DNA from: a virus
Virus genome (UHGV): UHGV-0095463
Length of the DNA stretch: 30,131 bases
Reading direction: 5' to 3' (one strand)
Each line of letters begins with the position of its first letter. Position 1 is the first letter of the stretch. The notes below the pieces were generated by a model that made no database searches, had not been told where the DNA came from, and saw nothing but the letters and a program-made list of their open reading frames with translations. The translations under genes and the position numbers were made by a program. This document shows positions 1-8,810 of the stretch, one piece after another.

Positions 1-49
1 GCGTCCATCTTGCCTGTCGCCATCTTGAAATCATGCAAAGAGGTTTCAC

Positions 50-532
50 ATGGAAGAACTTCACTTTGTTTACATCAATGCAAATGGTCGTATCGCTGTT
101 CACTCTATACAGAGCATCAGTTATAGCGAAAATCATATACAGGGCATTTGTAAGAACACCGATCGAATAAAAACCTTCCGAAAAGACCGCATTCTTAAAC
201 AGTACGATTCACCAGAACAAGCCATTCAGGAATGCACGTCATTCCTCCCCGAAAGCTACTCACATCTCACTAAGCAGTCTGGTCCGAAAAAAAATACATT
301 CGATGTGTGTTTCACCGGATTTAAGAAAGCAGATAAAGAAAGATTGGTTGATAAGGCGAATGAACAAGGATTAACGGTAAGAACCTCTATAACCCAAAGC
401 CTTCAGATGCTCTGTTGCGGTTACAATGCAGGCCCATCAAAAGTATCGGCAGCCAGGATGAAAGGCACAATCATCATAGATGAGCCTGGCTTTATACATT
501 TTCTTGAAACGGGTGAGATCCCAGATGAATAA
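50..532 (+). CDS. Hypothetical small cargo protein (160 aa) with a WYL-like N-terminal motif and a BRCT-like C-terminal half
   Basis: Complete ORF with GAGG Shine-Dalgarno about 7 nt upstream of ATG at 50. N-terminal segment ...SISYSENHIQGICKNTDRIKTFRKDRI resembles the WYL-domain C-terminal signature (R-x-F-R-x-D-R-I). C-terminal FDVCFTGF...GLTVRTSITQSLQMLCCGYNAGPSKVSAARMKGTIIIDEPGF resembles a BRCT fold as in the ligase C-terminal domain. Visibly more AT-rich than the adjacent phage genes. Confidence 0.6.
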   Translation: MEELHFVYINANGRIAVHSIQSISYSENHIQGICKNTDRIKTFRKDRILKQYDSPEQAIQECTSFLPESYSHLTKQSGPKKNTFDVCFTGFKKADKERLVDKANEQGLTVRTSITQSLQMLCCGYNAGPSKVSAARMKGTIIIDEPGFIHFLETGEIPDE

Positions 533-533
533 A

Positions 534-551
534 AACCTGCCGTAGCAGGTT
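534..551. terminator. Bidirectional rho-independent terminator between the convergent cargo gene and ogr
   Basis: Hairpin AACCTGC-cgta-GCAGGTT immediately after the stop at 530-532, followed by CTCTTTCTC on the plus strand and by TTTTATTCA on the minus strand (downstream of the ogr stop at 559-561). Confidence 0.5.
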
Positions 552-558
552 CTCTTTC

Positions 559-777
559 TCAAAAATTCATATGCCCCTGACCACCTGGCAATGGATGTGG
601 AGGAGCAGTAGCAATCAGTGCGGGTGTCACAATAAACCGGACCACTGTTTCATGAGTAACAAAAGTGCTCCCGCAGTTAATATTTTGGCACTGGCAGTAA
701 CGCTCTTTGGTGCTTTCAGTTACTTGAAAACTGCTCCTTGTGTGTGCCGCATGACCACACTTTGGACAATTCATCAT
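559..777 (-). CDS. ogr: Ogr-type zinc-finger late-gene transcription activator
   Basis: Translation MMNCPKCGHAAHTRSS...ERYCQCQNINC has the C-x2-C...C-x4-C arrangement and the length (about 72 aa) of P2 Ogr / 186 B. Start placed at the internal Met pair (777 or 774), not the 87-aa ORF-track start at 822. Sits directly downstream of D as in P2. Confidence 0.85.
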   Translation of the reverse strand: MMNCPKCGHAAHTRSSFQVTESTKERYCQCQNINCGSTFVTHETVVRFIVTPALIATAPPHPLPGGQGHMNF

Positions 778-845
778 ATCCAGATCCCTACCTTTGCTAT
801 CAGAATCATTGTAATGATACACAAAATATCAATATTGAGAACACT

Positions 846-1946
846 TTATTCCATTTCAAGATCATCAATCTTCACTTCGAGTTCAATACTGGTTGTAAAA
901 CCGTTATCCGGGCTGACGGTATGTGTCAGAGTCGTAATGGTCCATTCCGCATCATCTATCGGCTGTTTAAAACCACTGACCTTCACAGGCATTTCCGTGT
1001 AGAGATCTGCCCGCCCTTCTGCCAGTTGTAGCGAAAATGACGCAACGCCGCGTTGCAGGCGTTCCCACTGCATTTTCGCCGCTCGTTCGGCGTTGCTCCG
1101 GTTGGCATAAGTGCGATTAAGTACCAGCACGTTTTCATCCGTACCCACCAGGTAATCACCCTGCTTCGCTTCTGGCTCTTTCTTCTGCTTCTTAGTTCTG
1201 CGCTTACGCTTCACCGTGGTGCTTTCTTTCTTCGCAGGTTCGCGGGTATGCAACCAGCTGGCAATTACGCCCGTGTAGGCTCCGCGATCTGCCAGGGTAA
1301 ATCGGTGACTGTCGCCGTCCTTGCGTGTGATAGTGATCACTGGCAGAGGTTTACCAGTGGCGCTTTTGCCCTGCCCCTGCCGGATGAATAACAGATTGCC
1401 ATTTTTCACCGACGCGATGGCACCGTACTGTCGCGCCAGCCGCATCAGAAAACTGCCGTCACTCTCATTAGTCTGGTCTATATGCTCCACGGGCTTATCC
1501 GACAGGTCTTTACCCAGTGCCATCTTCAGCTTGTGCCGCGCGGCTATTTCCTTCACCACTTCCCCGACGGTGGTCTTATGCCACGATTTTTCACGGCGGG
1601 TATTCAGCGTTTCCCGAAAATCAGCACTTCGCGCCCGGATAGTCAGGCGGTCCGGTGCGCCAGTGTGTTCAATCTCGTCCACTGTGAATGCCCCTTTCGG
1701 GAAAAGCGGCTGCCCCTTCCAGCCCAGCGCCAGCGTAATAACCGCACCACGGCGCGGCAGCACGATTTTTCCGTCAGCGTCATCCAGCTCCAGATCAAGC
1801 TGGTCCGCTTCAAAGCCCCGGTTATCCGTCAGCGTCAAACTCATCAGGCGGTTATCCAGCACAGTGGTGATATCCCTGCCCTCAATACTGATGCTGAATG
1901 CGGGAGTTTTGTTGCCTTTGTTAAGCAGTTCAGAGCTGAAATTCAC
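846..1946 (-). CDS. D: Tail protein gpD (late control gene D)
   Basis: 366-aa ORF in the conserved position after U and before ogr; size and order match P2 gpD. Confidence 0.8.
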   Translation of the reverse strand: MNFSSELLNKGNKTPAFSISIEGRDITTVLDNRLMSLTLTDNRGFEADQLDLELDDADGKIVLPRRGAVITLALGWKGQPLFPKGAFTVDEIEHTGAPDRLTIRARSADFRETLNTRREKSWHKTTVGEVVKEIAARHKLKMALGKDLSDKPVEHIDQTNESDGSFLMRLARQYGAIASVKNGNLLFIRQGQGKSATGKPLPVITITRKDGDSHRFTLADRGAYTGVIASWLHTREPAKKESTTVKRKRRTKKQKKEPEAKQGDYLVGTDENVLVLNRTYANRSNAERAAKMQWERLQRGVASFSLQLAEGRADLYTEMPVKVSGFKQPIDDAEWTITTLTHTVSPDNGFTTSIELEVKIDDLEME

Positions 1947-2428
1947 GACAGCAGCCCTCCCACCGTTTTACTGATATCGCTTAAGGCAGACGTTGCCGTG
2001 TCCTGCAGATTATTCAGTTGCGCACTGAGATCACCGAACATATCGGACAGGGATTCATCCACTCGTTTGAGCGACAGGGTGAACTCAATCCGGCGCGGCA
2101 TACCGTCGCGGAAAAACTCCGTTTTAGTCTGATTCAGTCCCTCAATCACATACATGCCGTAAATCGTGCCGCTGCCTTCAATCAGGGGCCATGCTTTCCC
2201 CTGTTCTGCCATCTGCTCCAGTGCCAGCAACGACAGCCTGCCGCCTGTTATTTCCGGCATAAGAACACCGGAAAGCGTCAACATGTCGTTTTCCGGTCCC
2301 AGAAACTGCGTGGACGGACGTCGGTTTACCCGACTGTTTGCCGCATGTCGCCAGCTGCGTTGATACTGCAGTTCCTGATACGGAACGGTGCGCAGCATAA
2401 ACACGTACAATCCCAGCACCATCATCAT
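1943..2428 (-). CDS. U: Tail protein gpU
   Basis: Translation MMMVLGLYVFMLRTVPYQELQYQRSWRH... matches the P2 gpU N-terminus (MMVLGLFVF...APYQEL...). Overlaps the T stop and the D start, typical of translational coupling. Confidence 0.85.
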   Translation of the reverse strand: MMMVLGLYVFMLRTVPYQELQYQRSWRHAANSRVNRRPSTQFLGPENDMLTLSGVLMPEITGGRLSLLALEQMAEQGKAWPLIEGSGTIYGMYVIEGLNQTKTEFFRDGMPRRIEFTLSLKRVDESLSDMFGDLSAQLNNLQDTATSALSDISKTVGGLLS

Positions 2429-5400
2429 GCGTCGTATCCCCCCTGATCGCTGTAGTTACTCCTGGCTTTTGCCTTCAGCCTGCGTTCACGTTCATCAAGC
2501 TGGCGTGCCAACTCCCGCGCAATATCCTGCGCACTTTGTCCTGGCTGCGTCTGAATGATGATCTGCGTCGGTGCCTCAATCCGTTGAACGAGCGGCACAG
2601 TGGCTGCGCGACTCACAATTGCTTCTCCACCTTTCGCGGGAAGTGCCAAAGGGTGCAACGGTGGAAGCTCTGCTGGCGCGGCAGCAACGCCCATCATTCC
2701 GGCAACAACGGCAGCCAGTGCAGCTGTATTTCTCCGGCTGGTCACATTTGCCGGGCCGTTAACAATTTCCGGCCCGTTTTCACCGACGATGCCAAACTGC
2801 CCGCGCGGGATATACCCGCCGCTGTCATACATCCCCGCAAAGCCATATCCCCATGATGGAAAACCACCCGATGGCATCATCACTTTACCGTCTGCATTCA
2901 CCGTCGCAGGTTGCTGACGCGTCACGCTTTCCGGCAGTTTTGCCTTTGCGGCCTCTTTACTGACAATGCCGAGCTTCTCCAGCAACCAGGAAACGCCGGA
3001 TTTCAGGGAGTCCAGCGGATGCATGACCATATTCAGCCCTTCCGCCAGTGCCTCCCCGAATCGCCGCCCCATTGCCGCTGCGCTCTGCAGTTCGGCAGAG
3101 GTCGACTTAACGGGCGTCAGCAGATCAGTAAACCAGCCCCACAGCGCCTGCACTTTGTCGCCAATCCACTGGAACACGGGCTTAAGCGGTTCGAACGCTG
3201 CACTGATGGGACCTGCCGCCGCTTTGAATCCTTCCACCACGCCACCGAGAAATGCGGTGATGGGTTGCCAGTATTTCCAGACAACCAGCGCCACGCCCGC
3301 CAGTGCAGTAACCACAAGACCTATCGGACTGAGCAGAGCACCTAACAGACCAGATATGGCATACAGGGCAACGCGCAGCATCACCAGTGGACCAGATGCC
3401 AGTACTCGCAGCACCGTGCCTGCGGCGGCCAGTCCACCGCGCAGTACCGCCAGAGGATTCATAAACATCACAGCAACAGCACGTAAACCGGATAATCCAG
3501 ACCGCAAAAGTGCAACCGGCGCACCTGCTACAGTTTTCAGGACATTTCCCGTCAGTGATGCCGTGCGGCGCAAAGACGACAACGGCGCAGTAAGTAAACC
3601 TGCGGCGTTGCCCGATGAAGCAAGCCCGCGTCGCAGCAGTGCCAGTGGTGCGCCAGCCAGCCAGGACAACGCGCTGCTGGTTCGAGTTACTGCTGCCGTA
3701 ACGGAAGATAACGTTTTGATACCCAACACAGAGAATCCCAGACGGATCACTGCCAGCGGCCCCAGCACTGCAGCCAGCGCCACCGCTAAGGTGCCGAGGC
3801 CGACGGTAACCGCAGCCACAACAGCCGATGCTTTCATCAGTGTGCCTGTCAGTTCCGGGTTAGCTTCCACCCAGCGACGCAACGCCCCCGTGACGCTTTT
3901 CACCGTGTACAGAATATCCATCAGCGGCTGGCGCAGCGTTTCGCCCAGGCTGCTGAAGGTGTTCTGCGCTCCGGTTTTGACCAGCAACCACTGCGCAGAA
4001 AGTGAATCCTTGTTAATGTCGGATTCTTTCTGCATGGAGCCGAGCGCATCATTGCCCGCTGTCAGTTTTAACTGACGCTGCAGTTCCGGCAGGTTGTTTG
4101 CCAGTTTCGCCGCGTCATCGCCAAACTCTTTACCAAACAACATAGTCATGGCAGACAGGCGCTTGTCCTGCGGCAGCGCGTTTACCTTCTCCAGCACGCG
4201 CTGGATGGTTCCCATCGCATCCTTCGTCATCTGCTTTTCAATCACTTCAGGATTGAGTTTCAGCAGATTCATCCCTTCAAAGAAACTCTTGCTTTGCATG
4301 GTGGCAATGGACAATTCACGCACCATCGCGTTTGCTGCACTGGCTGCAACCTCTGGCGCAGCGCCCAGTGTCAGGAAGGTGGAACCCAGCGCCGCCGCTT
4401 TACGATAATCCAGACGGTCAGCCACACCGCCCAGACGTTGCATCACATCAATGATGTCTGCCCCTTTCGACATGGCGTTATCATCCAGATAGTTCAGCGC
4501 ATCGCCGAGCTGTTCAATATTGCGAGTAGGGATTTTGTAGAGCTGGGCGATTTTCCCCAGACTTTCTGACAGTTCATCCGCTGGCAGCTCAAAGGCTGTT
4601 GCCGCCTTTGCTGCCGTGCTGGCGAAGGCCAGCAGATCACGTTTCTGGTCTTCCCAGCTGTCGTCAGGGTTTGCGACGTTCATGCGCGCCCCACCTTCAA
4701 CCAGTGCAGCGAAGTCCACCGCACCGTTTTCCATCGGCAGCTGTTCGCTGGCAGCCTTGATGGCATCCTGCATTTCATAAAAACGTGCAGTGCGGTTGCC
4801 ATTATCGTCACGCAGACCATTGACCTGCTTTGCCACACCTTTCATGGCATCTTCCATGCTGGTATAGCTTTTTACTGCCGCCATCACTGGTGCGCCCATT
4901 GCCAGCCCTGCAGCCGTGGTGGTGGCTCCGGCTCCTGCGATGCGATCGCGCACCTCCAGCGAACGGGCATAACTGGCACGCGCTGCATTCATCCTGCGCT
5001 GAGCTTCCCCCAGTCGCTTCAGCCTCGCCTCCTGTTTCGACAGTTCCTGGTTATAACGTGATGTTTCACGGGCTAAACGGGCAGTTGCTCCCGCATCATC
5101 TTTCGCAGAAATTCCCGCCCGGTACAGTTCTGCACGCACAAGCGCCGTTTGCTTCTGTAAATATTTTTGTTGTTCTTCCAGGCGTTGGACTGCCAGCGTT
5201 TGCCGACCTAAAGCCACAAGGTGCCGTTGTGATGGTTGTTCCATCGCCTCCAGCTCAGAGCTAAGCAAATTAGCCTTCTGTCTGGCATAGTTCAGCCTGT
5301 CGCCTAACTTCTTGTTATCAGCCTGCAGCTTGCGAAATTTTTCCAGGCTGTTACCCGCCTGATTGAGTTGCTTTAATGCGTCACGGGATTTTCTGATTAC

Positions 5401-5502
5401 GCCAGCCAGCTCTTTCGAACTGGCCTGTGCAGCACGGAATGGGCGGGTGAGTTTGTCAACCGCATTAAGAATGACCTGCAGGCGCAGGTTATTATCACTC
5501 AT
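2425..5502 (-). CDS. T: Tail tape-measure protein gpT
   Basis: 1025-aa ORF with a coiled-coil-like N-terminal half, Ala/Gly/Leu-rich hydrophobic repeats in the middle, and position after E/E'. Size and order match P2 gpT. Confidence 0.9.
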   Translation of the reverse strand: MSDNNLRLQVILNAVDKLTRPFRAAQASSKELAGVIRKSRDALKQLNQAGNSLEKFRKLQADNKKLGDRLNYARQKANLLSSELEAMEQPSQRHLVALGRQTLAVQRLEEQQKYLQKQTALVRAELYRAGISAKDDAGATARLARETSRYNQELSKQEARLKRLGEAQRRMNAARASYARSLEVRDRIAGAGATTTAAGLAMGAPVMAAVKSYTSMEDAMKGVAKQVNGLRDDNGNRTARFYEMQDAIKAASEQLPMENGAVDFAALVEGGARMNVANPDDSWEDQKRDLLAFASTAAKAATAFELPADELSESLGKIAQLYKIPTRNIEQLGDALNYLDDNAMSKGADIIDVMQRLGGVADRLDYRKAAALGSTFLTLGAAPEVAASAANAMVRELSIATMQSKSFFEGMNLLKLNPEVIEKQMTKDAMGTIQRVLEKVNALPQDKRLSAMTMLFGKEFGDDAAKLANNLPELQRQLKLTAGNDALGSMQKESDINKDSLSAQWLLVKTGAQNTFSSLGETLRQPLMDILYTVKSVTGALRRWVEANPELTGTLMKASAVVAAVTVGLGTLAVALAAVLGPLAVIRLGFSVLGIKTLSSVTAAVTRTSSALSWLAGAPLALLRRGLASSGNAAGLLTAPLSSLRRTASLTGNVLKTVAGAPVALLRSGLSGLRAVAVMFMNPLAVLRGGLAAAGTVLRVLASGPLVMLRVALYAISGLLGALLSPIGLVVTALAGVALVVWKYWQPITAFLGGVVEGFKAAAGPISAAFEPLKPVFQWIGDKVQALWGWFTDLLTPVKSTSAELQSAAAMGRRFGEALAEGLNMVMHPLDSLKSGVSWLLEKLGIVSKEAAKAKLPESVTRQQPATVNADGKVMMPSGGFPSWGYGFAGMYDSGGYIPRGQFGIVGENGPEIVNGPANVTSRRNTAALAAVVAGMMGVAAAPAELPPLHPLALPAKGGEAIVSRAATVPLVQRIEAPTQIIIQTQPGQSAQDIARELARQLDERERRLKAKARSNYSDQGGYDA

Positions 5503-5566
5503 CGTTGGCCCCGCTTCTCTGAATCGCTTTATACCGCCATTCCAGCACTTCGGTCAGCGGCATAAC

Positions 5567-5931
5567 GTCAGTAACGGATGGCGGCCAGTGAAAGATGGTG
5601 GCGATATCAGCCACCAGATCGTCAACCGTCAGGCTGTCGGTAAACCGGCAAGCACCGACTTCTTCAACAAAAAAGTGACAACCTCAACCGACATAGCGGT
5701 GAGATCTGCCGGGTCCATCTCTGCAATTTCCTGTGCAGTCAGTGCCGGGCTGGAGATGCGGGGGATCACGGTCATCATCGCGTTCACATCCATATCCATA
5801 ATGGCCTGCAGGCGTGTACCGCGCAGTGCACCGGACTGCGGTTTACGCAGCACAATTTCGGTGATTTCCGTTTTACCGCGCTTGATAGGGGTATCCAGTT
5901 GAATAGTCTTTTCAGTCTGCTTATCGCTCAT
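5567..5931 (-). CDS. E': gpE+E' fusion made by programmed -1 frameshifting (about 121 aa)
   Basis: Hand translation of the -1 frame after the slippery site gives VEEVGACRFTDSLTVDDLVADIATIFHWPPIRY then a stop at 5567-5569. Mirrors the P2 E/E' arrangement (analogous to lambda G/GT). Confidence 0.6.
5629..5931 (-). CDS. E: Tail assembly chaperone gpE (zero-frame product)
   Basis: 100-aa ORF ending ...VTFLLKKSVLAGLPTA, positioned between FII and T. Contains the slippery heptamer near its 3' end. Confidence 0.85.
   Translation of the reverse strand: MSDKQTEKTIQLDTPIKRGKTEITEIVLRKPQSGALRGTRLQAIMDMDVNAMMTVIPRISSPALTAQEIAEMDPADLTAMSVEVVTFLLKKSVLAGLPTA
5668..5674 (-). other. Slippery heptamer T-TTT-TTG, the -1 ribosomal frameshift site for E/E'
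   Basis: Minus-strand sequence GTC ACT TTT TTG TTG AAG in the E reading frame. TTTTTTG is the conserved recoding site of P2-like E/E' genes. Confidence 0.7.
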
Positions 5932-5985
5932 TTTTCTGTCCTGTAAATTGGGTTCTGGCGCGGCATTCCGCGCCGTTCAGATACA

Positions 5986-6501
5986 TCAGAGGCCGAGTGC
6001 GTTGCGGTGCGCTTCCATCAGGTCCACACCGTCCACAATTTCCACCATGTTGATAAGGTCCACTTCATAGAGCACCTCACCATTGATAGTCAGCTTCGCG
6101 TAGCTGTTGGTACTGGTCACTTTGGTGGTGTTGCTTTCGCCCGTCTTCCACTCGCCGGAATCCACTTCTTTGTGACGTCCACGCACCACAAGCTCCACGG
6201 CCTGCACTTCTCCGGTATCGTCACGCTGGATAGAGCCGGTGAAGCGCAACTGGATGCCATCCACCGTGGCTTTGCCCATCTGTTTAAACAGCAGCAGTTC
6301 AGTACCACCAATGGAAAATTCTGTGTCCAGCGCACTGTCATCAAGCCCCAGATCCACATCCACTGCACCCGGCATTCCGCCGCCGCGATACTTCTCATAT
6401 TTGCGGGTAAATTTCGGCAGCGTCAGCGACTCAACGATCCCCTGCCAGTTGTTCCCGTCATTAAACAGGTTCAGGTGTTTTAATTTGCGTGGTAAAGCCA
6501 T
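5986..6501 (-). CDS. FII: Tail tube protein gpFII
   Basis: 171-aa ORF immediately downstream of the sheath gene; size and order match the P2 tail tube protein. Confidence 0.85.
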   Translation of the reverse strand: MALPRKLKHLNLFNDGNNWQGIVESLTLPKFTRKYEKYRGGGMPGAVDVDLGLDDSALDTEFSIGGTELLLFKQMGKATVDGIQLRFTGSIQRDDTGEVQAVELVVRGRHKEVDSGEWKTGESNTTKVTSTNSYAKLTINGEVLYEVDLINMVEIVDGVDLMEAHRNALGL

Positions 6502-6510
6502 GTTGTCCCC

Positions 6511-7683
6511 TTACGCGCTGACCTGGCTGGAGAAATTCACCAGGTACTGATCGGTGATGCGCTGACGCAGCATCAGGTTTTCAAGTGGCGGCACTGGCGT
6601 GTAGTCGTAGTCGATGGTGAGTTTTCCGGCTTTCAGCGTGTCTTTGTCGTTCACCGACTCATCCAGCCAGCAATCACCACCAATGAGATAGCCCTGACTG
6701 ACCAGGCTGCGCATTTTGGCGCGGATACCCTCGATAATGTCGCGGGCCAGCGACGGATTCAGCGGTTTATCCACCGCCCACATGTGCGCTTCTGCCATCG
6801 TGTCCGTCAGCACCTGCGCCGTGCGGGTGTAGTTTTCGAAGGCAAAGAGCGGGTCATCACTCAGGCAGCGGGACCCCCAGAAGCGGAAACCGTCTTTACG
6901 CACAAGCGTGGTGACGTCGTTCTGGTTCAGCAGACCTGCATCGGTTGCCGGGTCCTGCAGATCCCAGAACACATCTGCAGAAATTCCGGTGACACCGTTC
7001 ACGCCCACATTGGACAGGCTTTTGTGCCATCCGGTCTGCTCGTCAATTTTGGCGCGCAGACCAAGCGCACGGGCGGTGGCATATGCCGTTGCTTCTGCAT
7101 TCAGCACCGTGTCCCAGCCAGTAAAGTCAGGCCAGATCAGCATCCCTTCGCGCTGGCTGAAGTTTTCGCGGTAAGTGATCGCCTCCTGCACTGTCTTGCA
7201 GCCATACGCTGACAGGTAAGCAAATCCACGCAGGCTTTGCGCCACGCTCAGCAACTCAGTAGCTACCGCCTTGGTGTCGTGGCCTGGCACGCCGAGAATG
7301 CGCGGTTTAACGCCGAGCTGTGACTGGGCAGATAACAGGGCTTTCATACCTGTTTTTTTACCTTCAGCAGTCACTGCTCCGATGATATTGGTCGTGGTTT
7401 CTTCTTCCGTTTCACCCTGCGGCACACGCACAACAACGGTCACGGGTTTTGCCTGGTCAGCGATGGCGTCCAGCGAACGGGCCAGCGTACCGGACTCACC
7501 CGCTTTACCGCTGGCAGTCAGCACATCAGTGATCAGCACGGGTTTATTAAGAGGAAACATTTTTGCATCGGCATCATCGCCCGTGCAGACCATACCCACG
7601 ATGGCGGTGCTCACCGTGGTAATGGATCGGGTGCCTTCGTTGACTTCAACAACGCGCACCCCGTGGTGGTAATCCTGAGCCAT
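6511..7683 (-). CDS. FI: Contractile tail sheath protein gpFI
   Basis: 390-aa ORF that is the first gene of the F-E-T-U-D block; size and order match P2 gpFI. Confidence 0.9.
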   Translation of the reverse strand: MAQDYHHGVRVVEVNEGTRSITTVSTAIVGMVCTGDDADAKMFPLNKPVLITDVLTASGKAGESGTLARSLDAIADQAKPVTVVVRVPQGETEEETTTNIIGAVTAEGKKTGMKALLSAQSQLGVKPRILGVPGHDTKAVATELLSVAQSLRGFAYLSAYGCKTVQEAITYRENFSQREGMLIWPDFTGWDTVLNAEATAYATARALGLRAKIDEQTGWHKSLSNVGVNGVTGISADVFWDLQDPATDAGLLNQNDVTTLVRKDGFRFWGSRCLSDDPLFAFENYTRTAQVLTDTMAEAHMWAVDKPLNPSLARDIIEGIRAKMRSLVSQGYLIGGDCWLDESVNDKDTLKAGKLTIDYDYTPVPPLENLMLRQRITDQYLVNFSSQVSA

Positions 7684-7759
7684 AGCGGCGAACCTCCTGA
7701 TTGGATTAGGCTTCGCCCTATGTTGAAGTGATTGTGCCTGACAAACAGCTAAGCGCAGT

Positions 7760-7777
7760 TGTACCGTTATTCACACA
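7760..7777 (-). promoter_or_regulatory. Putative Ogr-dependent late promoter element (TGT-N12-ACA) upstream of FI
   Basis: TGTACCGTTATTCACACA lies about 85 bp upstream of the FI start codon in the 142-bp gap between the invertase stop (7826) and FI. The TGT-N12-ACA dyad is the recognised activator site of P2/186 late promoters. Confidence 0.5.
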
Positions 7778-7825
7778 AAATGACGGTATTTGTCTGCTTT
7801 CAGGGATAATCAAAATAAAGCTGAT

Positions 7826-8392
7826 TCAGGGAGATTTATTGCTCTTATTTGCCGGAAATTTTCGATAAATGGTAGAAACGCCTACATCAAAAATCAGTGC
7901 AATACGCTGTCTTGATTCTCCGGCCTCGAGTAAACGCCCAATCTGTGCCCACTGTTCGCTGGTCAACTTAGGACGGCGTCCACCTACTCTGCCTTTAGCA
8001 CGAGCTGCAGCCAGCCCCGCCCTGGTACGTTCAACTATCAGTTCGCGTTCCATTTCAGCCAGGGCCCCCATGACATGAAAAAAGAAACGGCCCATTGGGG
8101 TGCTGGTATCAATACTGTCAGTCAGGCTTCGGAAATTCACGCCACGCTGGCGCAGCTCTTCTATCAGCGTAACAAGATGCCGCATACTGCGCCCCAGTCT
8201 GTCCAGCTTCCAGACAACCAGCGTGTCTCCTGCCGATAGTGTCCTGAGCAGCTTTTTCAGCCCCGGTCTGTCGGACTTGGTGCCACTGATTTTATCCTCA
8301 AAAATCCGCTCACATCCCGCACAGTTCAGTGCATTGCGTTGCAAATCGGTGTTCTGGTCATTTGTTGACACGCGTACATAGCCAATAAGCAT
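7826..8392 (-). CDS. Serine recombinase / DNA invertase of the Gin-Hin-Cin-Pin family
   Basis: N-terminus MLIGYVRVSTNDQNTDLQRNAL with the catalytic Ser motif, and a C-terminal HTH (GVSTIYRKF). Start placed at the third ATG (8392), which has a G-rich Shine-Dalgarno 6 nt upstream. Lies next to an inverted-repeat-bounded tail-fibre segment. Confidence 0.9.
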   Translation of the reverse strand: MLIGYVRVSTNDQNTDLQRNALNCAGCERIFEDKISGTKSDRPGLKKLLRTLSAGDTLVVWKLDRLGRSMRHLVTLIEELRQRGVNFRSLTDSIDTSTPMGRFFFHVMGALAEMERELIVERTRAGLAAARAKGRVGGRRPKLTSEQWAQIGRLLEAGESRQRIALIFDVGVSTIYRKFPANKSNKSP

Positions 8393-8447
8393 GATCATCC
8401 CCCTGAATAAAAACCGGAGATGATGCCAGTTAGCCGTTATCTCTGCA

Positions 8448-8473
8448 TTTTCATAAACGTTGGTTTGGGAGAA
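8448..8473. repeat. hix/gix-like inversion crossover site (left)
   Basis: TTTTCATAAACG-TT-GGTTTGGGAGAA. Its half-site GGTTTGGGAGAA is identical to the half-site of the site at 10290..10315 in inverted orientation. Fits the Din-family pattern TTCTC..AAACC-NN-GGTTT..GAGAA with a central 2-bp crossover. Encodes ...NVGLGE... in the plus-strand frame. Confidence 0.7.
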
Positions 8474-8809
8474 TTATCTCTGGCTGGCACTGCATCGGGT
8501 GTCATTGGTCTGAATGGGTATGTAACGATTCCGTTAATTATTTCAGGTTCCCGGAGAACACTGATTATTCAGTGGGGGCAGGCGAGATTTGGTGGGTCTG
8601 GTGGTGAAGATGCCGGATATCTTAATGATTTTCCTTTTGCCTTTCCGTCAGCATGTTATGGAATGATAGTTAGTCATGTGGGGCATACACCTTCAGGCGC
8701 AGGAATCCTGTCGGCTTCTGCAATTACATCAAATCAGTTCCGCGGTTTTTCAAGCATAGCGACTGCTGCAAACGCTGTATTAGGTCGTTATATCGCTATA
8801 GGGGTGTAA
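8462..8809 (+). CDS. Silent alternative tail-fibre C-terminal segment (would be fused to the constant part of H after inversion)
   Basis: Plus-strand frame reads through the crossover site (GLGE) into about 113 aa ending ...RYIAIGV. No promoter of its own; the ORF-track start at 8420 lies outside the invertible segment and is not a real start. Confidence 0.6.
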   Translation, partial: GLGELSLAGTASGVIGLNGYVTIPLIISGSRRTLIIQWGQARFGGSGGEDAGYLNDFPFAFPSACYGMIVSHVGHTPSGAGILSASAITSNQFRGFSSIATAANAVLGRYIAIGV

Positions 8810-8810
8810 T

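Noticed and set aside
559-822. 87-aa N-terminally extended form of Ogr
   Set aside because: P2-family Ogr is about 72 aa and begins right at the zinc finger (M-x-H/N-C-P-x-C). The extension MYHYNDSDSKGRDLD has no counterpart, so the internal Met start (777) is preferred.
571-1391. Plus-strand ORFs 571..1002, 738..1031 and 1053..1391 overlapping ogr and D
   Set aside because: Antisense to conserved phage genes with clear homology; Cys/Ser-rich nonsense-like translations.
2966-4075. Long plus-strand ORF (369 aa) and several others (2536..2856, 2600..2917, 2911..3345, 4094..4408) antisense to the tape-measure gene
   Set aside because: They lie entirely inside the well-supported T gene on the opposite strand. 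Their translations are low-complexity Ala/Ser/Pro/Arg-rich, typical of frame artefacts in GC-rich coding DNA, and no ribosome-binding sites were evident.
8420-8461. First 14 codons of ORF-track ORF 8420..8809 (MMPVSRYLCIFINV)
   Set aside because: This part lies outside the invertible segment, between the invertase start and the crossover site. The alternative fibre C-terminus is only expressed after fusion to H, so these codons are not a real N-terminus.
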